The notes under the pieces are model-generated. The model worked only from the letters and a program-made list of their open reading frames with translations, was not told where the DNA came from and ran no database searches. Of a stretch of 64,000 bases of DNA, positions 26,901 to 32,441 are shown piece by piece. The position numbers and the translations under genes are program-made. Origin of the DNA: an uncultured Planctomycetia bacterium (lineage in GTDB: Bacteria > Omnitrophota > Gorgyraeia > 2-02-FULL-51-18 > JAGOUK01); NCBI GenBank assembly GCA_964430735.1, contig CAYSFB010000008.1, forward strand, positions 12,870 to 76,869, read 5' to 3'. Position 1 is the first letter of the stretch, and the number at the start of each line of letters is the position of its first letter.

Positions 26901-28789
26901 CGCAGATTCCCGGTATCGTGGACCGGCTGGAGCAGTTGTTCGCCGGAGAGCTGGTGCCGGACATCGCGTCCTATGCCCGGGAGCGGCCCGCATCATCCGA
27001 GGTCACGGGTGATTCGTATGATCCGAGAAAGGGCCTGGCTAATTACCGGGCGGCGGCTTTCTTTGCCCTGACCGAGCTCGCGGGGCCGACCCGTTTGGTG
27101 ATGGATATCAACGAGCGGCGGTATATCGCAGCGCCGGTAAAAGAAGAGCTGCTTCGCCGGATGGAGTCCTATCGCCAGTCGCTGGATGCGTCGGGCGCTG
27201 AGCGGTTGGATCGGATCTACCGGGAATTCCGCCAAAGCGGACTGTATGAATTCGGGCCCTTCTCGATAGAAGCGGAGCTGAATCTTCTCGAGTGGACGAT
27301 GCTTTATTGGCGGTGGATCCATGAGCCGAGTGGTCTTGAGCGTCTGTCGCCCGGTCAAATCAAGCTCGCCGACCGGATGAAAAACCAGGTTTACGAGTAT
27401 GTGCGAAAAGGAATCCTTTACACGTTTCTGACCGATTCAGCCGGCAGAGAACTCGAATCGGAAGTCGCTTCACGCATCGGTGAATCCAAATCACGATTCG
27501 GCGCCCGGCTCGCGCAGAAAGGCTCGGGTCCTGAGCGGCACGACTTCAAGAATCTCAAGGCAGGAGCCGAGATCGTCATTCCGAACAAGAGCCGTCTGCG
27601 GATCCGGATTCTCGAGTTGGGTTTGAATTGGGCGGAGATCGAAGTAACCGGAGCGGATGGACGGCAGCCCGCCCGGATGAAGCTTTTTATTCCAAAGCAG
27701 TCTGAGTCCAAGATGGTGATCGGAGACGCGATCAAGGCCAGCGCGGTGGAAGTGGATTCGCAAAAAGGAAAAATGCACCTTCGCGTCGAAGTCCCATCCG
27801 GGATGGAGCGCAAGCCGTACCGCGAGGAAGGCGCCCGTCTGGCGTTTCCGGAGCCGGCGACGGAGCAGGATCTCGCGGGTTGGATGGGCGAAGCGGATCT
27901 GCAGGAGATGGGGCGGATGGCCCAATTGCTTCAGAAGGAGCGTTTGAAGGGGGCGTATGCCGTGACGATTCTGGGGCTGGCGGCGCTGCTGCGCATCGGT
28001 CCCGGCGGCGCGTCGGTGAGCACGGCCGAGCACAGGGCCGCCATTTCGCTCGCGACGTCCGTCGCCAAGTATGATTCGGGCCGCGCTCCGGCGGGCATGC
28101 CGCAGCTGTCGCGCACGCTGCGCGCCGCGTACCGGCAAGTTCAGAATCCGATCGGCCCGCGTTACATCGAGCACGACCTCGCGCGTTACAAAGTGAAGAA
28201 CGACGCACACGGGGTCATCTTCCGATCGGCCGTCGAATCCCTGTCGCATGTGCTCAAGCGGTTGCCGGAAGTCGAAGTGCGCTTCACATGGAACGGCGCG
28301 CCGATCGCCGACCCGACCCTGGATCTTCCGGACCCTCAAGCCCGCAAGCTCGTCGAGGACGCGCGCAAGATTTTGTCGGCGTGGGACGGTTCCGGAGCCA
28401 AAACGCTGATGGACCTGCCGTCCGGCCGCCGCGGGGTCCGCGATTTGACTCCACGGGCGTTGGAGCGTTTCGCGGAGACCGATAAAGCCTTCGTACTCAC
28501 CGCATCCGGATTGAACAACGGTGTCCGCGACCCGGTCGCGACGCTGCTGGTGCAGGTGCGGCTGGCCGATCCCGCTCCGATCGTGGAAGGGGAGGCGGTG
28601 GTGGGCCTGCTCCGTTACCTGACCCGCACCGACATATCCGCAGAAGACGCCGAGTTGCTCAGGGCCGGGGACGCGGAAGCCGTTCTGGCCCGGAAACAAA
28701 AATTCTCGATCAAGCCGATGGCAGCGCGCCTGGCCGAATCGGTCGCGCATCTCATCCGCTCGCTCGCCGCAGCCGCCGTTGCGGCCTAA
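10376..28789 (+). CDS. Giant multidomain protein 1 (about 6,100 aa). It has an N-terminal signal peptide and a paralogue-shared domain, followed by embedded PRTase-, protein-kinase-, methyltransferase-, RmlD-, APH- and sigma-70-like modules.
   Basis: Uninterrupted 18.4 kb ORF. The track places the start at TTG 10337. ATG 10376 is preferred because it gives 'MPGLLNNLIRLISLVLVAAFGLQEVAWA', which is signal-peptide-like and conserved in the paralogues. The N-terminal ~540 aa aligns with the other two giant ORFs (motifs 'LVRDAHTN' and 'VLVAGGYHTLNLIDLLAAEGFSIV'). Internal domain motifs are listed as separate features. Confidence 0.85.
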   Translation: MPGLLNNLIRLISLVLVAAFGLQEVAWAVPAPAPVALSVSLAEIVRNPALLPIPEEVMTVESQIAGTNGKLIVLVRDAHTNFDAQMNLAKALEFWMDRMPLDLVLSEGASGDVSVDDAAARSGLAPDDLQRAARRMVWDGQLTGHEYWNLLSPKKFSIVGVEDPGLYGSGLKTFGELADTRHRISKDLTSASRAINKLKTRLYPQALTEYEASIAAADGQPDVLKRSEKLMALAAASGVDASAERYSNLALLRRLAEAEKTIRFDRLNQEFAQLSGVAGGESESGLEKMPAQPAGLLSRIETLLDAADRKGLSRANAPELASYAGYLRLLGSLDHAALADELDALEREVYAKLLPDATLMTLRELDLYVARTTDGVSVQLDRSGYDRWARVRKEAPTVSWQAFLNDLLIANGCAEDLIPYREELEGAAGPIDEFYQNASDRDRAFADNAERAMESGGASAAVLVAGGYHTLNLIDLLAAEGFSIVVMTPRITISTDRDRYEKIVLASESAFMPALSRTAEASGRLTRYARGQTGPAAKLLSVLLSIEPDGARLAGTDAAVAHTIRIQSSGDLESAIVRRFAVYKMGSADEAERFARELAQTVRTRYAAELARDRGRIVIVTPPRNVAGSPITAVARSVAAQLGLPYVETFEEPLEPGPTYIGVSSARVREKLARQTGLILRPELNLAGKKILILDDMITTGTTIRATQSKLEERFGTEDFMVAAMVRLESSDPADEKNVSRYLADRKDWDAVVEILNDPRTRIGKSVVEMFTALNPDMRIGLLAQLTDVAVKKLLLSTMLFDHGTRSVDWMQTLWVRIAPVAWSSSAHPALEDGYWSEEFQSWLDRAAASEADPVLLEQMILLLEFVHRRESMTRLVTIADRFKGSFVGTQATDALNRRVEPVSEDDVYDVFEHFRYPKGLQSGLARPDGERTISMKFLGEPRQELNASFAGSGRDGHVSRIVTLTPDPDGTVMAKPKERIIFDASWMKLRPDIANGAVKGIFLKSAGDRSGDVTARIVVDDRMLDVFPARAGRDGIIEWRIEGLSEALRRKSATNQFFFRNWQFQRRPEAVAGARLATGEAGAEAAEVAAFAFTGIDEEKIYSDPDALEAIAPFRIRVLKNGQVHFGSRDRGRLEKSVMAHTSIPEGEWLTVTPEYRQQLPAGLDAQWILRLNRKSGAPLYYRFVNTGTFLKKLDLSAGGFLGSFSRIGRYKDRSLPPFPQDEFSVTVLKGGNANFASWSDTQGSGDAVIRRLRIRLGDEYEGLPVRVRKFFVNSQLSEWLLLVLKPATGTAPETGDSIRGRMLVYRFVRPGRIEQIKRHPSGDEQWSAFPGLDQAAAQFAVTASPGDGARLAKSGNADDGIEFAEKWLRKYAFLSRLRMSDVEWRKEEGEKLAREAAKAISEVHVMIRHRLAYDAQGVELKPVVSLRGLTLEPSVDYWTAWASAASDHGEELGVSDGWKQAVLGAITVLSCYQDNHAHLKHQGGESRRNYYRSVLALDSARLVLDPASRGVRIDLAHAFFHNKEYVQAEKLLEDLLLSDKTNRTALVLTGYVRLEMAARALSRMERQLEQEKYMDALESFARTLRLLDAAQEPLRKATDRRTLNGPRGIKSLARAMSGMALVAMRRAEAYRILSDRPEVRGVAQPRYRSVVHSISALEHALSALNVNGAGPDALGHSFGIYRDIVVRLARGLDASALDRIDPARYQELRGLMVRMKELLNSAPNDDVPARKRKSARGSHSVQTTIADSISVLSAVCVAIQTSLDRRDEIKEKLNKAVLRVLHDQHPEDPASFEARVAEDFAAAIPVAQVSEREAWIAVARSHLESLHTTREDIALAGWHLLSDSGDRTLESLSEISGIEASVVAERFRSPFLKEVGLALEEESSPPDADVKVSPKKYTQDMAIYNLGDIKSFLASDVWIRPEPDAADVHTIPSAKHIERMFRQLRPWLSFRSPIDWDHLSAMRKRMWEQIDQFFELAPSALKKNAEDIDTLRMNLTHLRRGTDDKPGYWVRAKELMDRLKRRQQTIEDQIRAGIGKIDSDLTKLRARNNVLRIGYLDELIKGLELRRARLNGLLDPQDPGYLLPEHFDEQMQAAQADRELVQPLEAVEASLTRVRDLEWEVDRQVHQAAEAAAAADLPGTSAASAVVRRLRTEMRQVERMFQKYALRADSEKKMSQIEGRLGRIQQEAVRIRQALERRSSIRERISRIRQQADAGRPLLQPLTEWCAKIARQTDRMDDMLRDADLAGDRREDGEAYSGRLQLVLEEVDRVEKEVDEMLARLGQKSANAMKASLVGVELMAALLWQWSEQAFPGTTAHARRFTTASWKLREKIEKLKSQSDRGWIDPGLREEIDMAFLMCFLEYVRAMNEEHDLLIDKAKQQILQLTKQLKNRIATGPMKSEEIGLFTLTLTRVHYLDLPSDFELVLYSDKEQRQRLSEEGHKAFIKKLKAMPVHDNPFLQQFEDRWQYHGPEGFEESFAYRDLLHGLWMTVVFYMDGYESASGSTKPVHFAHLFPEAVRLKQLNVIRRRMIGADADRVGDPTILFPVNSPEQLRLIMQVRSSTDRFLENLFPALDEDLGPADPDRMQEARHVLDRILTQTQENRGARLARDGLTLSADAQGLDENRFAAAWVDPASVELPILLASEAGSWKALLSAAPRSQTDSGDDDRRRELWMPGDAPVPGADGIPLKHLTFSSKALLLWEWKSRYPELFAGNAPQIFKQLGFDREGVIEFADPITRYRYRMPAVPTARGGMNLVFLAAAGHQVRDAAGASTEEHGRDAAVLVPIRPNQGWRSRAVAEVYDALHPYRINEVQVPHDRIPQLIQLIPASNAPFGVDAVAIEYLDPGGFMESVRDMQTRLTQQSLERKLGIRMRFSLVLGAARALQMMHEAGVIHRDFKPENVHWDGDDVRIVDFSNAFVYRAPSPLAIPGAQSRLQTMRLIEPLEKQKGMLGGTPRILAIDGTVTPSFVEGSAFLEATKRFAHDPSQDKFAFGLFLAQAFGMHATGAMDSRELDLRLELLQSDLERAGEQVKWPADLSAVGLIGLIRRLLDPALKAQDDLDWKEIIDTLQGFAGIYGTSRFVPTEFTAEKLPGDRYSQGYRGGGTLALDPPGLPSDPGSGARLANGKGLDPSEDDLRDMYTAAAFGPDYQIHRTLRAGPIDTGIFKNSYDRIFSNMNFGPEQNFSSTLTARVKLQKQSDPSRPWMWLDVGPGAGNALREGIELIEEKSLNGHYRALGADIVDHRSRSGRSAPAAGDYGFIPLPGGVENLEVPDGAEPDLITAVHVLMYADDPLQALTRLYNVLRPGGELLVTVNAIHVGSAPSALPMMNSWEIGNWFSGYAKDLNSKGIASAELIGDVLRIRKLSADRVRLSISADESFEPYRNQEGIRIIRYRPADPSQPGVLEVVGPGARLAQADSARNAMASVARYGFVRRGLEAKKIFDLQLASTGPVDSDTAGRITGRLLELIKQSALSAGDKKQFRRFSDIVESLEYHSIDPVSASPSDYLAALHDPAKKILYLPQIWIDELTSRTPADAFDEALVREILYPAQRVAVLGGSGKVGRRIAAELRQVYPDVSAASRSGGFGSQKLDVTDDADLAGWIDRMRPDVIVYAAGIADPDRAQRDPEAAQLLNARIPKRLRSLTRARLIYLSTDNVFDGQSAKPYHPKARPRPLKGMAYGQSKLDGERVTLDGLRHRNAVLRLGLVVAEEDVEKIIQQIQGSMSGSAQAPTVDGKRKRYPVWVDDVALAVRDLVANPKKGIYQLNGEKPITRFDMARIAAVELDPESGDQHVLAGTTATTAAIQAPRPAHVRMENNLMKPRPIEDQIVQTTKLAAHNGPGALARLDRAVRLRDGKLLREAMGELDALGIRWTLAGPVGALEDWPEAPRVVDTGDAAAVSRALLDHLVTPDTFREDLARAVESILMEVPLDRVRVMAAVVDERADEYWVNPEMGVRTLRIVSTDFVYRGIGMRYWMSVSQNGIPHGFGPFGPYRSMLLPLISRMPDGSSAPAEEVLQGGSMSTVVRVHESDRSTVIRKSAPAGWHADKLRDEARYMRMLEATGIFPKVYDVQSSDGVRKNPLFRRLLENPAAAACLHQLIKLAHQIPWLRPLAGMLERWAAQPPVPKGTTVWMEDLKGYEQLTEVSRWAHLGFKRPEIKSSSIDDRTIYRSDWDIALDIYRSLIPIFYGVQSAQTPPDFLRKYHFEKLETRWAEARARSRQLDLVMSAPYIKDPDRRYGQLLPNLPLAAQAAEAIASYDPEALLPPHLTREHGDLHFGNILIPPADYFRRKRIESFRLIDPKWLPNGNDPLYDLAKLMHNKYGWYDLALNHHDSFYFGMSVPESGGPAEFHWNFDDESYAGDRMRDEFGAVQDFSQQFEEWMRLPDDDPRVRDMERFGLNWRTRLIFTHASLLAGLLNFHVLPEDPQSKISVIYWQAATQFDRAILHLIGREEEYRHQTGQRRLPDDLYTPLRTMVLLQRVYQQSDSEEVKAAAEHQYVAAINDLRHFLEQSTAPAVSGARLAKRTDVRRKVKPVDRDNRGPELKAAPDPLDIIFADQLIRESDARLLAALAAGEPQSFVVPVDRSAIRRLHDRYRQSRTAEEREAAEQLLVDSQIRWIVQIARKWDRINQSRVHNSEVGLSDMVSLGIRKARESLDRYEPDKGALSTWITLPVDGAIRNRVYEGARHRRRAGNIDLIGSEIAALPDLTSDQKKAVRSAIAGMEEKDREIAILFFGLIGDKETSNEIADRYEGFLSKEEIESRVEMILKRISALNASNPAETDRTVPTPEENAPASWQNDSLATIRMMHLALRDPETVSSWEALSQRDLSILRTYYESGAEARPTMEQLASEYKISRARVGQVIQGAVRRLRNEQMRAWKHLREATGLSHDRIRAAYDRAVDVERQEDGIRNGHPTPTPREFEMELRQIPGVRAIGPLTAELARAHYNLAHPATPLKFFGETEESTRLSGSASAEDRILAYVQSAGGIASWKEIAKHLGVKQSEARTYLTPERLGQIQSESRYGVDATVQRQRLVPIILDARDAERARRIIRAMEGTGKERSFRFGMATYPEIAAAMKIRLSGSRPPRTRIFRRINAEQLLADLNSNRRILNRTGLPFRPLLQIIPADDRNADLRVVARELRGGDPASAIGIAERVGRSAKSVHASVERLLLDHTSAHRHLYNLIVTGQPMMRMPDDNKIFRSQSQILRAVEELGGVANARQIWDYLRNRYGVKINRSTVEDYAFRQMDWDGINRHRMQEGKFALRVVGANLDGSMARRSFGDRPGYEGLDPLLVSAERDYRDRFKESDDGRTDFRYRVLPAIHGILKHSPSEQPIEVRFGRVSDLLIDACATWSQLNPGLTRAEFFETVTLRAILLTSIKTDVDSDSDWVGRFALTLEKVIHTNGPLAPSEYAPWLKPASSASPSPRATDRNGARLSENAAGSAGQIDWREQARSLLEPDPDKRSSASLALARVLMLDIRKRVDEGMDRKEFGWNDPGRIAPAVAPQIPGIVDRLEQLFAGELVPDIASYARERPASSEVTGDSYDPRKGLANYRAAAFFALTELAGPTRLVMDINERRYIAAPVKEELLRRMESYRQSLDASGAERLDRIYREFRQSGLYEFGPFSIEAELNLLEWTMLYWRWIHEPSGLERLSPGQIKLADRMKNQVYEYVRKGILYTFLTDSAGRELESEVASRIGESKSRFGARLAQKGSGPERHDFKNLKAGAEIVIPNKSRLRIRILELGLNWAEIEVTGADGRQPARMKLFIPKQSESKMVIGDAIKASAVEVDSQKGKMHLRVEVPSGMERKPYREEGARLAFPEPATEQDLAGWMGEADLQEMGRMAQLLQKERLKGAYAVTILGLAALLRIGPGGASVSTAEHRAAISLATSVAKYDSGRAPAGMPQLSRTLRAAYRQVQNPIGPRYIEHDLARYKVKNDAHGVIFRSAVESLSHVLKRLPEVEVRFTWNGAPIADPTLDLPDPQARKLVEDARKILSAWDGSGAKTLMDLPSGRRGVRDLTPRALERFAETDKAFVLTASGLNNGVRDPVATLLVQVRLADPAPIVEGEAVVGLLRYLTRTDISAEDAELLRAGDAEAVLARKQKFSIKPMAARLAESVAHLIRSLAAAAVAA
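12215..12530 (+). other. Phosphoribosyltransferase (PRTase type I)-like module inside giant protein 1
   Basis: 'GKKILILDDMITTGTTIRA' at 12446-12484 is the classic PRPP-binding motif, preceded by 'IVIVTPPRNVAGSPITAVARSVAAQLGLPY'. Confidence 0.6.
18600..19350 (+). other. Eukaryotic-like Ser/Thr protein-kinase-like module inside giant protein 1
   Basis: The catalytic-loop motif 'VIHRDFKPENV' (HRDxKPxN) at 19064-19087 and 'IVDFSNAF' (DFG-like) at 19121-19129. Confidence 0.55.
19990..20340 (+). other. Class I SAM-dependent methyltransferase-like module inside giant protein 1
   Basis: Motif I 'WLDVGPGAGNAL' at 20003-20029 and 'LRPGGELLVTV' at 20291-20317 (MTase type-11-like). The module is bounded by GARLA at 19742 and 20612. 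Confidence 0.55.
21035..21520 (+). other. RmlD-like (dTDP-4-dehydrorhamnose reductase / NAD(P)-epimerase) module inside giant protein 1
   Basis: 'RVAVLGGSGKVGRRIAAEL', then 'LDVTDDADLAGWIDRMRPDVIVYAAGIADPDRAQRDPEAAQLLNA', then 'LIYLSTDNVFDGQSAKPYHPKARPRPLKGMAYGQSKLDGE'. This matches the RmlD STDYVFDG...P...YG.SKL.GE signature. Confidence 0.6.
22420..23420 (+). other. Aminoglycoside-phosphotransferase (APH)/choline-kinase-like kinase-fold module inside giant protein 1
   Basis: 'HGDLHFGNILIP' (Brenner motif) at 23194-23217, 'FRLIDPKW...NDPLYDLAKLMHN' (Asp of the DFG equivalent), and an N-lobe-like 'GGSMSTVVRVHESDRSTVIRK'. Confidence 0.5.
24180..25010 (+). other. Sigma-70 region 2 / region 4-like segment inside giant protein 1
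   Basis: 'AAEQLLVDSQIRWIVQIARKWDR...EVGLSDMVSLGIRKARESLDRYEPDKGALSTWITLPVDGAIRNRV' parallels sigma-70 region 2.1-2.4 ('[37 protein letters not shown]'). Two region-4-like HTH segments follow: 'EKDREIAILFFGLIGDKETSNEIADRYEGFLSKEEIESRVEMILKRI' and 'DLSILRTYYESGAEARPTMEQLASEYKISRARVGQVIQGAVRRLR'. Confidence 0.5.
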
Positions 28790-28831
28790 AAGGCGATTGA
28801 CGGAGCGGTTCTGCGCGCCTAGACTTGACGC

Positions 28832-29320
28832 ATGCGCCGCTTCCAGCTTTTTGCTCTCACATTGATCCTGTCGATTGCCGCAACCGCGTCCGCCTCGGAC
28901 GAAGGCTCCAGCGGCGCCATCGAAACCTACTACCCCAACGGCGCGGTCAAATCCCGGGCGATCTACAAAGACGGCCGTCTGGAAGGACCCTATGAACTTT
29001 TTTCAAAAGACGGCCGGCTTCAGGAATTCCGGACGTACCGGAACGACAAGCTGAACGGTCCGGGCCGCCGGTATTTTGCCGATGGCCGGATTGCCGAAGA
29101 AGTGAGCTATGCCGACGGATTTTTGGACGGTCCCTACAAACAGTACGATTCCAACGGCAAGCGGCTGATCGAGGCCGTTTATCAGCGCGGCAAACCCGTG
29201 ACGCCGCTGCGCGTGTATGGCGCCAACGAGGCGTTGATCAGCGCAGAACATTATACGATCGGCGAAAAAGCTCCCAAGCCCGCGGCCCGTCCCGCCCCCA
29301 AAAAGCAAAAGCGTCCCTAA
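28832..29320 (+). CDS. Secreted MORN-variant repeat protein (YwqK-like)
   Basis: Signal peptide 'MRRFQLFALTLILSIAATASA', then repeated 'YxNGxxxxxxxYKDGRLEGPYELF / YRNDKLNGPGRRYFADGRI / YADGFLDGPYKQY' units typical of MORN_2/YwqK repeats. Confidence 0.55.
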   Translation: MRRFQLFALTLILSIAATASASDEGSSGAIETYYPNGAVKSRAIYKDGRLEGPYELFSKDGRLQEFRTYRNDKLNGPGRRYFADGRIAEEVSYADGFLDGPYKQYDSNGKRLIEAVYQRGKPVTPLRVYGANEALISAEHYTIGEKAPKPAARPAPKKQKRP

Positions 29321-29333
29321 ATATCCAGTTACG

Positions 29334-29339
29334 CTATAA
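29334..29339 (+). promoter_or_regulatory. Consensus -10 hexamer TATAAT in the AT-rich intergenic region upstream of the permease gene
   Basis: 'ttacgcTATAATactttttt' lies 49 nt upstream of ATG 29388. No clear -35 was found. Confidence 0.3.
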
Positions 29340-29387
29340 TACTTTTTTCCCAAAAAGTTAGTAAAAACAAAAAGTAAGATACATCCC

Positions 29388-31121
29388 ATGCACACGATGC
29401 TCAAAAAAGTCGAACGCCCCAGGGAACTCAAATGGTTCCAAGCCGGCGCCATGCTTTATGGCGACTGGGGGACGAGCAAGGCATATGTCATCGGCATCGC
29501 GTTCGCGCTTGCGGGCCACGCTTCCTGGTTCTTTCTCGGCCTCATGTCCATCCTCACCGTCGTGGTCGGGTACTGTTACACCATCATTTGCAGAATTTAT
29601 CCGGACGGCGGCGGCGTCTACTCGGCGCTTCGGAGCCGGTCCCGTCTTTTTGCGTCCATCGGCGCCTTCATGCTGGTTGCCGACTATGTTGTCACCGCTT
29701 CCTTGAGCGCGTTGGCGGCCTTCCATTACTTTAATGTCGGCAGTCCGGTGATTTGGGCGATGGCTGCCATCGTCGTGATCGGAGGCGCCAATTGGATCGG
29801 GCCTGCGCGCGGCAGCGATATTGCCACCGTTGTCGGTGTGGTCGCATCTTTGTTTGCCTGTGTATTGTTCATGTTTACGATACCGCATCTTTCGGAAGTG
29901 ACGCTCACGATGCCCACGACGGGCCTCTGGCACGGATGGACCACGTTCGCCGGGATCGTCCTGGCTCTTTCGGGCGTCGAAGCCGTCGCGAACATGACCG
30001 GCATCATGGTCGATCCGGTCAAGCGCACCGCCAAACGCGCGATTTGGCCCGTCCTGCTTGAAGTCGCGCTGCTGACCTTCCTGCTTGGCGTCGCCATGAA
30101 CGGCGTTCCCGGGGATTTGACTCACCACATCGAAGACATGCTCCGCGTGCTTGGCAAACATTACGTTGGCCATTGGTTCGGCGAAGCCATCGCGATCGTA
30201 TTTGCCATCCTGCTCCTGTCCGCGGTGAACACCGCCGTGAACGCCTTTACCAGCATCCAATTCTCGATGGCCAAGGACGGGGAATTGCCGGCATTTTTTG
30301 CCAAGCTCAACCGTTTCGGCATGCCGTGGATCGCGCTGCTGGCGGCGATCTTCGTCCCGGTCAGCGTTCTGGTGTTCGTCCACGACCTCGTTTCGCTCGC
30401 GGCGCTGTATGCGATCGGTGTCGTGGGCGCGATCACGCTCAACCTCGGCGCCTGCGCGTCGAACTTCTCGCTGCCGCTCAAGCGCTGGGAGCGCGCGCTG
30501 CTTTTTGTCGTGAGTCTCGTCCTCCTGGCGATCTGGATCACCATCGCCATCGAAAAAACCAAGGCGCTCATCTTCGCCCTGATCGTGATCGGCGTGGGCC
30601 TGCTGCTGCGCGCCGCGGTGAAGACCTTCCTGCCCGCGCCCGCGCCTCCCGTGGCTGTGCCGAGCTCCGACGTGCTCACCGTTTCCGAAGCCGCAGACAT
30701 TGGCCCGCTGTACAAGAGTTCCTTCATGCTGGCCTTGAAGCGCGTGACGCCCCAGATCGTCGACAACGCGGCGCTGCAGGTCAAGGCGCACAAAGAAAAC
30801 TCGATTTACTTCTGCTACGTCGAAGAAATTCCGTCCCACGCCGAGCTTCCGGCCGAGATCATGCCATCGGCCAAATCGCTTGAGCTTTTGGCCGAAGTGG
30901 AGCATCATTTTAGCGAGCGGGGGATCACCCTGATCCCCGTGTGGCAGGCGGGGCATCAGGCGGGCCGCCAGCTGGCTTACGTCGCCAACCAACTGGGCGT
31001 CAAAACGGTGCTGATCGGAACGACCGAGCACACCGCGCTCATGAACCTCGTGCGCGGCGACGTCATGCGGACCCTGGCTCAGCACCTCAACAAGGAATGC
31101 AACCTCATGATCCTGAGTTGA
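29388..31121 (+). CDS. APC-superfamily amino-acid permease fused to a C-terminal universal-stress-protein (UspA)-like domain
   Basis: About 12 predicted TM segments ('GTSKAYVIGIAFALAGHASWFFLGLMSILTVVVGYCY', 'GGVYSALRS'). The C-terminal Usp-like fold is 'HFSERGITLIPVWQAGHQAGRQLAYVANQLGVKTVLIGTTEHTALMNLVRGDVMRTLAQHLNKECNLMIL'. Confidence 0.75.
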   Translation: MHTMLKKVERPRELKWFQAGAMLYGDWGTSKAYVIGIAFALAGHASWFFLGLMSILTVVVGYCYTIICRIYPDGGGVYSALRSRSRLFASIGAFMLVADYVVTASLSALAAFHYFNVGSPVIWAMAAIVVIGGANWIGPARGSDIATVVGVVASLFACVLFMFTIPHLSEVTLTMPTTGLWHGWTTFAGIVLALSGVEAVANMTGIMVDPVKRTAKRAIWPVLLEVALLTFLLGVAMNGVPGDLTHHIEDMLRVLGKHYVGHWFGEAIAIVFAILLLSAVNTAVNAFTSIQFSMAKDGELPAFFAKLNRFGMPWIALLAAIFVPVSVLVFVHDLVSLAALYAIGVVGAITLNLGACASNFSLPLKRWERALLFVVSLVLLAIWITIAIEKTKALIFALIVIGVGLLLRAAVKTFLPAPAPPVAVPSSDVLTVSEAADIGPLYKSSFMLALKRVTPQIVDNAALQVKAHKENSIYFCYVEEIPSHAELPAEIMPSAKSLELLAEVEHHFSERGITLIPVWQAGHQAGRQLAYVANQLGVKTVLIGTTEHTALMNLVRGDVMRTLAQHLNKECNLMILS

Positions 31122-31122
31122 T

Positions 31123-31749
31123 ATGGTCGAAGTCAAAGTCGAAGTCAAAAAAGCCCACCACGCGCTCGTCCATCTTCGCACGCATATTTTCCGCGGCCTC
31201 ATCGCCGTCATCCCGCTCGTCATCTCGTTTTTCGTCGTCCAATTCCTCTACATCATGGTCGACCGCCGCGTCGCGCGGATGATCGAAGGATGGACCGGGG
31301 TCGCGATTCCGGGATTGGGGATCCTGCTGGTGCTGGCGATTCTGTACCTGGTCGGCCTGATCGCGTCCAACCTCGTCGGCAAGCAGCTCTTCGGGCTGAT
31401 CGAAAAGATCAGCGAGCGCATTCCGCTCGTGCGCACGACCTACCAGGTGGGCAAGCAGATTTCGCAGTCGCTGTCGCACGAGGACAAACAGCTCTTCAAG
31501 CGCGTGGTGATGGTGAAATACCTCAATGCCGGCGCCTGGACTATCGGGTTCGTGACGGGAACGCTCACCGACGCGAAGGAGCCGGGTGTGACGTTTCTCA
31601 AGGTGTTCGTCCCGACCCCTCCCAATCCCACGTCCGGCACGATGATCATCGTCCGGGAAGAGGACGCGCGCGACCCGGGCTGGACGGTCGAAGAGGGCTT
31701 GAAGACCGTCATTTCCGGCGGCATCATCGGCCCCGCCCAACTCAAATAA
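31123..31749 (+). CDS. DUF502-like membrane protein
   Basis: Two N-terminal TM helices followed by 'IPLVRTTYQVGKQISQSL...VVMVKYLNAGAWTIGFVTG', which resembles the DUF502 family. The start is 1 nt after the permease stop. Confidence 0.5.
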   Translation: MVEVKVEVKKAHHALVHLRTHIFRGLIAVIPLVISFFVVQFLYIMVDRRVARMIEGWTGVAIPGLGILLVLAILYLVGLIASNLVGKQLFGLIEKISERIPLVRTTYQVGKQISQSLSHEDKQLFKRVVMVKYLNAGAWTIGFVTGTLTDAKEPGVTFLKVFVPTPPNPTSGTMIIVREEDARDPGWTVEEGLKTVISGGIIGPAQLK

Positions 31750-31750
31750 T

Positions 31751-31773
31751 TAAATAGGGACACGTACTATTTA
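31751..31773. repeat. Single copy of the AT-rich element TAAATAGGGACACGTACTATTTA, overlapping the start codon of the FMN reductase gene
   Basis: Identical 22-23-nt core to the arms at 2928-2953 and 32708-32730. No inverted partner was found within 100 nt. Confidence 0.6.
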
Positions 31774-32366
31774 TGCCCACGATGCCCGCACCCCGTATCC
31801 TCGCCTTCGCCGGCAGCGCCCGCAAGGAATCCTGGAACAAGAAGCTCGTCCGCGCCGCCGCTGAGGGCGCCCGGAAGGCCGGACTCGAAGTAACGGTGAT
31901 CGATCTGGCGGACTACCCGCTGCCGATCATGGACGAGGATTTGGAAGCGCGCGAGGGCTTGCCGGCCAACGCGAAGAAGCTCAAGGAGCTTTTTTTGGCC
32001 CACCAAGGCCTTCTCATCGCGTCGCCCGAGTACAACAGCTCCGTCACGGCGTTGCTTAAGAATACGATCGACTGGGTGTCGCGTCCGGTGCCGGGCGAGC
32101 CGCGCATGGCGTGCTTCGTAGGCAAGACGGCGGCGCTTGTGAGCGCGTCACCTGGTGCGCTCGGAGGACTCCGGGGACTGGTGCATTTGCGCGCCATCCT
32201 CGGCAACATCGAAGTGACCGTCCTGCCGCATCAATTCGCGCTGGTCAAGGCGCACGAAGCGTTCGGGCCGGAGGGGAAGCTGAAGAGCCCCGACCAGCAG
32301 ACCGCCGTCGAGGGCGTCGCCGCGGCGCTCGCGGCCATGCTCAAAAAATTACATCCTTCCGCTTGA
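31773..32366 (+). CDS. NADPH-dependent FMN reductase family protein (flavodoxin-like fold)
   Basis: 'RILAFAGSARKESWNKKLVRAAAE...LLIASPEYNSSVTALLKNTIDWVSRP...AALVSASPGALGGLRGLVHLRAILGNI' matches the FMN_red family layout. An alternative in-frame ATG lies at 31782. Confidence 0.75.
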   Translation: MPTMPAPRILAFAGSARKESWNKKLVRAAAEGARKAGLEVTVIDLADYPLPIMDEDLEAREGLPANAKKLKELFLAHQGLLIASPEYNSSVTALLKNTIDWVSRPVPGEPRMACFVGKTAALVSASPGALGGLRGLVHLRAILGNIEVTVLPHQFALVKAHEAFGPEGKLKSPDQQTAVEGVAAALAAMLKKLHPSA

Positions 32367-32441
32367 AGCCGTCCGTTCCATCGGTATAATCTAATCGAAG
32401 TATTTTGAATCAACGGTCCGCCGCCAATCGGGAGAATTCAA

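Noticed and set aside
29358-31223. 621-aa ORF on the minus strand
   Set aside because: It is antisense to the APC permease-Usp gene, which has clear TM and Usp signatures. The antisense product is a low-complexity R/D/G/H-rich sequence typical of spurious ORFs in GC-rich DNA.
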